Below, one piece after another: positions 53,631 to 64,000 of a DNA stretch of 64,000 nt. Under the pieces are notes generated by a model. That model was not told where the DNA came from. It ran no database searches and worked only from the letters and a program-made list of their open reading frames with translations. Position 1 is the stretch's first letter; each line of letters begins with the position of its first letter. This stretch comes from the human T2T-CHM13v2.0 reference genome, Homo sapiens. The stretch lies in assembly GCF_009914755.1 (NCBI RefSeq), contig NC_060932.1; one strand, 5' to 3'. A program made the translations under genes and the position numbers.

Positions 53631-56371
53631 GTGTACACTTTGTCCCAAATATAGGAGATGGTTGCTGATGAAAGCAGAAGAAACAGACAGATTCAAATCC
53701 AAGTGGCTGGGCTCTATTATCAGACTTGAGCTTCAGATGAATGATACATATTATTATAATGCAATTTTTTCATCTTAAGAAATGTTGTGTTAGACACTAA
53801 AAACCTGATACATCTCTTAAATTTTGAGTCCAAGGAAACTCCCTGGGGGTTTTGGAGGAGATGTATACTTTACAGATGATTCATTAGCTCTAAGTTCTCA
53901 GTTGGATACTTATTTTCAAGTATCTTTTAGATTATTGTAGTATAAATTGCATGAAGTCAGGGATGTCTGTTTTGTTTGCTGGTATATCTCTATGCATAAA
54001 GTAGTTCTTTGAATGTAGTAGGAGTTCAATCAATATTAATGAACCTAATGAATGCATTATCTCTAGTTCTTGGGGACATCTTTCCCATTTGCAGCCTCTG
54101 CTAACTTCCCCACATGCTGGTTGCTGTCCTCCTGTGGTTTGTAAGATGTGACATGAGCTCATCTTCAGGGAGTGCTAGGTGAGTTGGAGAACTGTCTGAG
54201 CCCTGAGTTGTGTAGCAACCCTTCAGACAGATCTGTGTTTATCTCTGATTTGGAGGGCTGAGAAAGTACATACTTCACTGATCTGGGAGCAGTTTTTAAA
54301 TACTATCTTTTGATATTACAGTTTCCTTAATGTGCAGCATGAATTGATATCCCACAGACTCTCACAGGACAGCCCTGGGTTTGGTCACATCAAGCATGAC
54401 TGTCAGCTTTCTTGCTACTTTCTTGGACCAGTGAGTAGAAGTTTTGTTGTCTCATTTTACATAAAGCCTGGACACTTGTGCTTTTGGTCGTTAGTAGACA
54501 GCTCTGCTAATGATCCTGGTGTGCTCAGGAGCCGTGGCCTGTACTCCTTGATCTTTCCTGATGTTAAACATCCATCCCTCAGGCTTAAAATTTTATATTT
54601 GGTTTTGATTTCCCTATAAGTTCCTTAGTTTTGTCATCTCCTTACCAAAGTGCTTACTCTTTATTCCTTTACTGGATTAATTTTACTATGTATATAAAAA
54701 ATAAATTTTGGTTAGGCTTTCTCTAGCATTATATACGTTTTAGCTTAGAGAGAGAATTCCCGTGTTAGCTCAGTTCATTATGTTGAATGAACTCCTAAGC
54801 TGCACTTTGCATAATAGGAGCCTTGCTTGAGATCACAGTTTTAAAATTGCCAGTTTTCTTATTAGTTGCCACGGCAACCCAATTCTGATCTCTTGATGGT
54901 TGGGGCCGTCATGTCCGTGGAGCCCAGCATTTTCATCAGCATATCATAGGACACAGGAAACATTTGAAATTTGGTAAATGAGCATTTACCCAGTCATTTT
55001 CATTCATTCTTCATGATTTCTTGGCCCCTATTTCCTATCTCTATTGCAACCCACTGCCATTTCCCAAACCCTAACAGACTCAGGAATATGTCCCGAAGCC
55101 TTGTGTATTTTTATTCAAATGTTCTGCTTCCCCAAACTAACTTTCAAAATATCGTCTCCTGTTGTGCCATCCGTGTACTCTCCTTAACTCTTCCTGACCT
55201 ACAATTTTTGTTTGTTTCTACAATTACCCATGGTTTGAAAGATCTACTATTTGTGGTGCTGTATTTTGGGGCATTACTAGTCAGGACCTGGTACTCTCTT
55301 GATGAATTGAGGCAAACTAGATTCTGAAGCAGAACAAGAACTTCTATGTTGTCTTGGATATTAAGGGTCAATGGCAAAAGGTGAGTCCAGACAGCAGGTG
55401 AGTCATGGACAATAGTCCATGAACCATGCTTAGGACAGAAACTCTAAAAGTAAGAGCACTGGGGATATGGGGACTCAAACACAGAGAAGGAGACTAAAGT
55501 CTAGTTATTAGAACCATAGTATACAGTTAAGGTTCATGTAACAGAAAATGAGTTGACAACTGAGTTAACTAAAGTTTTTTTTTTTTGTTTGTTTTTTAAC
55601 CCCTTTCTGCCTAAAGCAGGATATGTGCACATATGATAAATGGAAAGGTATATACAAAATATACAAAGTGCATATTTGTATGCATGAGTGTGTCCACACA
55701 TGTGCTTTTTTTTTTCTTTTGAGATTTTTATGGCTAAGCTTTCAGGCAGTGATAGATCACATCGGCCTCCATAGTGGGAGAAGGAAGCAAAGCCTGGGAA
55801 TAGGTCAGACGGGTCCCACTATGTGCAATGGAGAATTCAGCAAGGCAAACACACGATTCCTTCTTTCTTACTTCCAATCAGAGGTAGCTAGAACCACTTG
55901 GGTGCGACTGGAAAAGGCCCCAGCTGGAAACAAGGAAGAATTGCCTTTATATGTGGATTGAAAAGAAGAAATTGAGGGTATTTTTACCCTCCCTGGCTGC
56001 CTGCTTTTTCCAGGGACACCTTATTAGGTTGTTACAGTCTCAGCAGATAAATCTGAGAATCCATTTTTATTTATATATGTTTGCTCGGCATTTCCTGTGA
56101 TAGACTTCAGTTGTAAAAAGAGTTATAAATGCCGTTTCTGCAGGCTGTTTTTACTGCACTGTATCTGTGTTATTTCAGAAGGGCCCACGGAGACCTGATT
56201 CCAAAAGGTCTTGTTGTTAGATAGAGGTCTGCACCTTGTTAGCTGCAGCCCAGAGAATTCTCGATTGACATTCTGGAGCTGTTCCAATTACCCAGAGTGG
56301 TCAGGGGAGGCAACACGCTGAGGCTGTAGCCCTACTTGTGCACTCGTACACACCCAGGCTATGGAGTTCAT

Positions 56372-57885
56372 ATTCATTCATTCATTCAACATGAAGATGA
56401 ATCTGAATCTAAATCTACATATACTGCCTACCTATCTATTATCTATCTAGCTATCTGTCATATCCTCTATTACGATCCAAACTGCTTTAAGCATGTGGGA
56501 TATAATATAGAACAAAAAACAGAACACAACAAAAGTCTCTGCCTTTGTGGAGCTGACATTGTTATGAGAGTTGGGGAAAGATGTAATAAACTATGATATC
56601 ACTTGCTCAATACATAATATAATTTCAGAAAGAGGTTACTGTGATGAAGAGAAATAAAGCAGTGCAGTGATGGCTTGAAGAATGACAAAGGTAGAAAAGG
56701 TTTTTGGAGGGCAGGAGGCTATTTCAGCAATGGTGACCAGAACAAGCTTCTCTGAGGATATAAAGTTTCCCTGGAAATTTGTGGACTTGAGAGAGCAAGC
56801 CATGCAAACACATCTTCAAAGCAGAAGGGAGAACAAGTAGAATGATCTGGGGTGGGAACATGCTTGACATTTTAAAATCAAAACAAGATAGCTGTGGTGG
56901 TTAGAGTGCAGTGACCAAGGGGCAGCTAGTAGGGGGTGCGTAGGAAGATGCAAGATGATGTAAAGTGATATAAGACGTTGGGATAAGTTTTAAGGAATTT
57001 CAGTTTTATTCTGAAGATAAATGTTTAGAGCAATAAAACGACATGAATAGATTTATAATTTTAAAGAAAATTATAAAATTTGAATAAGACTATAGAGAGG
57101 AAAAATAATATCAGTGAACCAATTCAGAGGCTAAGACAGTGATGCAGGTGAGAGTTGATGGTGGCTTGGGCCGGGGTAGCAGCAATGGCAGTGATGAGTA
57201 GGTATTTCTTACTGGGTGTTTTGAAGGCATACATGAAAGCCTTATCAGATTGCATGAGGGGTGTAAACAAATAGAGGATTCAAGGATAATTCTTAGTGGT
57301 GTGTGTGTGTGTGTGTGTGTGCGTGTGTTTGGCCTGAATGCCTGGTTGAAAGGTTACCATACATAGAGGTGGAAATATTGGAGATAAGTAAATTAGGGAG
57401 AAAAGCTGACAATCAGCTGTGTACATATGGTATTTAAAGACACATGATTCAGTAGGATCATCTAGGGCGTGAATGTGAAACGAGAGAAGAAAAAGCTCGA
57501 AGTTGATCTCTGTAACAGATCTCCCACATTTAGAGGTTGGAAAGGGAGAAAAGATCCAGAAAAGGAGACCGAGAAAGAGTATCCTGAGATAAACAACCAA
57601 CCAGGGAGTTTGCTGTTCCGAAATTCAAGTGCCCAACGTGTTTCAAGGAGCAGAGTAATAAGCTGTGTTAAAATCTGTTGTTGGGTCAAGCTAAAAGTGA
57701 CACTCAGTCACTTGATCTGACTACCTGGAAGTCCTCAGTAACGTTGAAACGCCTCTGTCTGTGAAATACTGGTGATGAAAACCTGAACGGAGAAGGTCAG
57801 GTGAGAGAAGGAGATAAGAACGTAGAAACAACCCAGCAGCTCTTTCACAATGTCTGCTATAAATTCAGAGTAGAAAATAGGATGG
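56372..57885 (-). mobile_element. L2a LINE, long 3' portion
   Basis: (ATTC)n tail; ORF 57280-57600 HALDDPTESCVFKYHMYTADCQL resembles the L2 RT motif SLGDLIHSHGFKYHLYADDSQI. Confidence 0.85.
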
Positions 57886-59076
57886 AACTTCAGTTTTTGA
57901 GTCCCTTCATTCTATAGACCAATTTAGTCTAACATTAGAGAATCTTTCTCCTCTTCCTCCTTTTTCTACTTGCCCTCCTCTTCCTCCTCCTGTTCCTCTT
58001 TCTTCTTCTTTCTGTGGAAATTTAAGGTTAAATTCTTAGCCCAAGGTCGTAGGATGGGTAACCGGTACAACAAAGTGCAAAGCCAGATTATCAAATTCTG
58101 TTTTGTTTCCACTACAACAACCCAGGAAACCTACATTTTCCTTATAGGAATATACTTACAGGAAGACAGACCAAGGATGATATCCTTTCCACTTATCACT
58201 TCATATTTTCTCCATTTTCCTATTCATCCTCATATCTCGTTTACCCAGAGGCTTAATGCCCACCTACGGACTGATTGACCTGAAGTGATGAAGCAGGTTC
58301 GGGTGAATACTTTTGAATTTAAAAAATCCTGTTAATATAATTCTGTTAGTTTCCTCACCTTTCTTCCATCTCTCCCTGTCCTCCCCTGCCTCTCATATAG
58401 TGTAGCAATTTGTCTGAAAACCTTTTCTCCTTAATCTTCCACTTTGTGTTTCGGAACTGGCACCCACAGAGTTAGCAGGTAAAAGCTTAGCCTTTTGGGA
58501 GCCATGGATCCCTAAATACGGTGCTCATTGGCAAACTATACCATGATGGTTCCGCACAGCACACCACGCCAGCAACCCAGGGATCAACTACTCCCCAAAC
58601 AGCAGTATCATCTGATGTGATGAATCATTATAGTTTCATTACAGCCTTTTGAGTCAATGATGTGGGAAGAATGGGTTATCATTTTTAGCCCTTCGGGAAA
58701 AGAGCTATTTTGCTTCCCCAATGGCATCTCCTTCCATTTCATCCATGTCCACTATTTTTGACTTTCTCCCTCAGGCCCTAGTACCTGTACTGTGCTATAA
58801 CCCCCATGAAGCCACATGTGTTTGATTATTTATTAGTGACATTGCTATTGGCTTAGCATCTTCCAGTACATTTTGCTGTGAGGAAAAGAGCACTAAGCTG
58901 AAAAACCAGAATAGATGTCAATCAATGGGAGTCTAGTAAAGAAATTTATTTGTAATTTTAGAACAGTGAGTATTTCATGTTGATTGATGGGTTGGTTGGT
59001 TGATAGATATAGACATAGATAAGATAGGCACAAAAACACACATATATACATATGCACAAACACATATACATATATG

Positions 59077-59079
<3 letters not shown>

Positions 59080-59107
<28 letters not shown>

Positions 59108-59123
59108 ATCTATCTACCTACCT
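59080..59123. repeat. (TATC)n tetranucleotide STR
   Basis: About 7 TATC units followed by ATCT/ACCT variants. Confidence 0.9.
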
Positions 59124-60164
59124 GCAATTTGCATCTTCAGAATCTTAGTAGAGTGATGCTTGACTACTAGGAGAATGCATTCAGTCTGATGCTTCTTTAT
59201 CTGAAAGTTTTAATCATATTATTGGCCCTGCCTACTCCACAGTGTTAGTGTGAGACTTGACAAAGTCATTTGAGAATACTATATATAGAAGTCCATGTGT
59301 GTACATCATCAGTTTATTCATTTGAACTATAGAGATTGGATAGAAATTTCTTCAACAGACATTTCTGATAATTTATTATCTGCCTGGAAATATGCAGGGC
59401 TCTACAGACAAGGAATCACATGCTCAAGGCTCTTGAAGTCTAAGTGGCCGGTATAAGATTTCTTCTATTGGGCATGGAGTTAATTTTGGTTAATCTCCAG
59501 ATCAAGAGTAAATTCAACTGAAAGACCCAGAGATTCTAGTGACAGTCTTTTACTTGCAATTAAAAAGATATTTGGTAGTTTGGGGCAGTCTTTGAAGTAC
59601 AGCTGGGTTCATATTTGTATCTCATCAGATAAATATTCCTTTAAGTTTCTTCTATTAGGAGTAAAAATAGCAACTCTTTACAACTGTAGAGTGCTTTAAT
59701 CTAGTGCTTTTACATAATTAGTTTGTCTGATGTTCATGATGATCCTGAAATCTTGTTATCCTACTTTTACATATGAGGAAGTGATCTCAGAATCAGGAAG
59801 AATCTTGCACAAGGAGGTTAAGTTGATAGTGAAGTTGGAACTGGGTCTGGGGGGTCCTATGCTATCCTGGACATTAATCTTGTACCTACTAGACCCTAGA
59901 GTAGCCAGAGGGTCCTGGGAAGTTGGGTGACTGGGTGAGAAGGGACACTCAGGGGGCTTGAGAAAGTGGCTATTTACTAAACATAACTGAATTATTTTAA
60001 TAGTTTAACAAATTATATATCCATACCAGAGAGAACTGACTTATCTCTTTCTAAGTCAATTATTAAAAATTCAAAAATCTCAAGAGTAAAAACAGATAAT
60101 AAATGCATCTCCATGTGTATTTTATCACAATCTTAATACATTTCTAGGATTAAGCAAATTTTGG

Positions 60165-60400
60165 AAACAGTAGCGTTGATTCAGTGTGGATTCTGGGATT
60201 AGATTGCCTGTATAAATTCCACTAAGGTAACCTAAGGAAAATCATTTAACCTTGTTAGTTCTGATTTTATTCATTTGTGAATTTGGAATAATTAAAGTGA
60301 CTATGTCACAGGGTTCAAAAAATCAAAGTTAACCAATCTGTGTAAAATTCTAAGCACAGTCACTACTGGATCCCTGTGAACAGCCAGTAAATGTTGGCTA
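60165..60400 (+). mobile_element. MIR SINE
   Basis: gtggattctgggattagattgcctg...aaatcatttaacct...cagggtt. Confidence 0.65.
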
Positions 60401-60807
60401 TAAAAATATAATGTTAGCTGTATAAGTGACTGTCTCCTAATGCAGCTTTCATTCATGGAGTGTCTTTGAAGCTACATTTCTCATGTGAAGATGACTCACT
60501 GTCCTTTAGTTATTGGGACATGCTACGTGAATTGTTCACCAATGGTAAAAAGTAAGAATTTGGAGTAGCTGTTGTTAAGCTAGTTGGAGAATCTGGAAAG
60601 AAGATTTATTATTGTCCTCCCACTCTCAGAAAAGTACATATGAGCCAGCAAATAAAGTCCTTTATATAATTTTGAGAGTTTCACAACTTCCTGAGTCTGA
60701 TTTATTAGATCTGAAGGATATTTTAGCTGCCAACTCATCTCCCATACAATTCTAAAGATGAGAAATGTAAAAGCTAAGACTATTGGGACATGTCTCAGTT
60801 TGGGATC

Positions 60808-60950
60808 TGTGGTCAGTGGAATAGTGGTTTCTCCAACAATGTCCATGTTCTAGTGTTCTTGGAACCTGTGAGTATGTTATCTTGTCTGGCGAAAGGGATA
60901 TTGCAAATGTGATTGAGTTAAGAACCTTGAGGTGGGAGATTATCCTGGGG
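60808..60950 (+). mobile_element. MLT1D 5' fragment
   Basis: gtccatgttcta...ggaacctgtgagtatgtta...ttgaggtgggagattatcctggg. Confidence 0.8.
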
Positions 60951-60999
60951 AGTGTGTCTTTATGGCTACAGTAGTTTTCCTTCTGTGTTGTTGGAATCC

Positions 61000-61800
61000 A
61001 TCTTCCATAATCATTTAGAAGCCACTCTCCTAGGGTCTCAACCCCTAATCCACCTGTCAGAGAAGAAACTTTGAAGAGGGGGATTAATGGGATAAACTAC
61101 AACCACACCCCTCCATGCAGTCTCGGGCCTCAGTAGATAGTTTTTGTCATTCCCTTCCATCAATTCTAGCCTCCTCTCTCAGATACCACCTTTGCTGACC
61201 TACATAGGTAGTAGCATGATCCATATTGTCATCACTAAGGAGTCTAAGCCCCTGGTCCTCATGTCCTTTGTAGAGTGAGGTTTCTATCCCTATCTGTCAC
61301 TGTACAGTCATTGTACAGTCAACTGTTCAGGATATTACAAAGAAACACCGAAGTAGATTGCCTTCATTCTACACATATTCTTTTTTACCCCATCTCATGT
61401 AATGGCAGCCCTAACTCCTTCTGATAACCAGAGTCAATTATTGCTGCTAAATGGTGACTCCTCTACTTGCCCACACATCCTTGGGAAAAGGCATGAAGTA
61501 ACCAGGTGACAGTCACAGCTTTTAATTCAGTGTGACTCAAGAGGGGAACTTGGTGAGGGTATGCTCTCTTTCAGATCCAGGACCTCTAACTCAATAGTCT
61601 GGGATTGCAGGAAGGAGAAGCACAGATTTCCCCAGGGGTCACTGGAGGTCATGGTAAGTGAGGCCACACCTACTTCCATCACTTGGTTCCTGAACCCGTG
61701 TATCCTTCCTACTGAATACACAGCACAATATATAGGCCTCTGATGCATCCTGGATGATTGCATTCCATCTTCACAGAGCATAACCTCTGAGCCCCCAAGT
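61000..61800 (-). mobile_element. ERVL internal fragment (integrase C-terminus/dUTPase junction)
   Basis: ORF 61527-61781 HQRPIYCAVYSVGRIHGFRNQVMEVGVASLTMTSSDP matches the ERVL pol motif NQRPIYGAVSPIARIHGSRNQGVE. Confidence 0.8.
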
Positions 61801-62232
61801 AAAATTCTATGGCTTGCTTTACTTAATTCTGTGAGAAGAAAAGCTTTGCTGACCTTGATGAATCCTCACTTGTAGTTCTGAGACATCTAAATATTTCAAG
61901 CTCCTGGTGCACACCATAATCCTGCCCAGTAAGTAGCAAATAGGTCTCAGTATTTTCTTTGTTCAAACTGCATTATACATTTCTGGACTCACAGATCACA
62001 ACTCCACAATCACTTATTACCTATGCATGACAGGCAGGGAGATTAGCACGGAAAGGAACTGACAAAAATGCTTTCAGAGAGAGAAATTCATTCTCAGCAA
62101 GACAGAGGATATCCAGGCAGTGATTTTCAGTGTCCAAAGATGAGAGAGGCAGGTGAAAACTGGACTGGGTGGGCAGGGTCTGGTATTATTGAGCTGCTTT
62201 AAAGTAAGCCCTTACATTCTCCCAACTACCAG

Positions 62233-62619
62233 CATATTAGTCTGTTTTCACTCTGCTATGAAGAACTGCCTGAGACTGGGTAATTTATAAAGGAAAGAGG
62301 TTTAATTGACTCACAGTTCAGCATGGCTGGAGAGGCCTCAGGAAACTCATAATCATGGTGGAAGGAGAGGGAGAAGCAAGGCACCTTCTTCACAAGGCGG
62401 CAGGAAGGAGAAGTGCCAAGTGAAGGGGGAAGAGCCCCTTATAAAACCACAGATCTCATGAGAACAAACTCAGACCCACCAGAACAGCATGAGAGTAACT
62501 GTCCCCATGATTCAGTTACCTCCACGTGGTCTCTCCTTTGACATGTGGGGATTATGAGGATTATGGGGATTACAACTCAAGATGAGATTTTGGTGGGGAT
62601 ACAAAGTGTAACTATATCA
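62233..62619 (-). mobile_element. THE1D LTR
   Basis: gcctgagactgggtaatttataaaggaaagaggtttaattgactcacag...gatgagattttggtgggg...atatca. Confidence 0.92.
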
Positions 62620-63671
62620 ACTGGATTTTTTCTTGGGTTTTTGCCTGACTACTGGCTCCTTTTGGGGATGGCTGTCTGTGAATTTCTCAGAGCACACACT
62701 ATTTTATCTGCATCTTTGTTTCCAAGTATTATAACGTTACCTAGGGAGGTGTTGTTATTGGGCTCAGGGCGTAACCCTTTTATGATCAGCAAAGGGACAC
62801 TAAAAGAACTGCCGTCTCTCTTACAAATAAAACCAGAATCCTCAAAGTTGTCCCTGAAAGATTTCATGATTTGAGGGATGCAGCTTCTTACTACCTCCAC
62901 CTCCTCACTGCCTTTGGCATGTGGTGGGAGATGGGGTTAGGGTTGTTGTTCTTTGATGCTCTGGACGAAGGATGGTCGTCAGTATATTCTATATAATCAT
63001 TTACACAGTGGAAACCAGGCTGAAACATTAAATTAGAGATGGTGAAGCCTCTGTGTTAACCAAAAAACCAATGCATCAAGTCATACACAATTCCACAATG
63101 TGTTTTCAAGTTATGGCTTGCTTTCTAGGGCTTATGGGATAGACTTTTCTGGACATTCGTAGACTCTCTCTTATGTGTTAGGTGACATCTTAACACCTTC
63201 TTCCCAGAATCTAGATATTTAAAGTCCTGATAGTCTCAACCTACAAAGAGAGGAGCAGGTTCTCTCTTCACCATCTGCTGAAGGATTTCCTTCTGAGACC
63301 AGTGTTGCTTCCTACAATTCTGCCCTTATTTGTGAAAACAACACATACTGTTCACCCAAATTAGGTTCTATCAACATAAATATATCCAGAAACACACAGT
63401 TCAAATTCCAGATTTATCCTAGAGATACCACAGATGCTGCTAGGATGGAGACTGGCAAATATACATGCCTGTTAGAGTGGAGCCCAGAACTCAAAGAATA
63501 GCTCTCATTAATGTAATTCAACTTATTCATAACAACTCCCTACAGTAAACTAACATTGACTGTCTTCTAATAAGGGTGTCAGTGTCCATAAAGAACACAC
63601 AGAAGACCACAAAGAACACACAGTCCAACAATATTTATGAGTTGCTGAAGCAAGGGATACCACACGCCATG

Positions 63672-64000
63672 TAATACGGTTTGGCTATGACCCCACCCAA
63701 ATTTCATCTTGAGTTGTAGCTCCCACAATTCCCACATGTCCTGAGAGGGGCCCAGTGGGAGGTAATTGAATCATGGGGGCGGTTTCCCCCCATACTGTTC
63801 TTGTGGTAGTGAATAAGTCTCACGAGATCTGATGGTTTTATAAGAGGAAACACCTTTCACTTGATTCTCTCATTTCTCTCTTCCCTGCCACCAGGTAAGA
63901 TGTGACTTGCTCCTCCTTGCCTTCTGCCATGATTGTGAGGCCTCCCCAGTCATGTGGAACTGTGAGTCCATTAAACCTCTTCCATTTATAATTACCCAGT
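63672..64000 (+). mobile_element. THE1B/C LTR (runs off the window end)
   Basis: ggtttggct...ccccacccaaatttcatcttga...gaactgtgagtccattaaacctc. Confidence 0.92.

Noticed and set aside
63941-63953. PRDM9 hotspot motif position in THE1
   Set aside because: Reads CCTCCCCAGTCAT, which does not match CCTCCCTNNCCAC.

Overview
AT-rich primate genomic DNA (AluY, L1PA and LTR12 indicate a catarrhine, most likely human or great ape) with no recognisable protein-coding exon, RNA gene or CpG island. I cannot identify the locus. About half or more is interspersed repeat: 12 Alus, L1 fragments of several ages, L2 and MIR, MaLR LTRs (MLT1, MST, THE1), ERV1 solo LTRs (LTR12, MER4E-like and one unassigned), two degraded ERVL internal remnants, and hAT elements (MER5A, MER58). 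The listed ORFs are repeat-derived or chance. Subfamily names come from recalled consensus sequences, not from a database search. The most unusual signal is a set of DNA-repair or template-switch scars. Three short segments (47, about 166 and about 146 bp) were copied in direct orientation from 1.6-3.4 kb to the left into unrelated sites; two are flanked by target duplications, and one of those two also carries fold-back filler. There is also a near-perfect 221-bp tandem duplication next to one of them, and a ~510-bp orphan insert inside an old L1. I see no evidence for a new gene system.
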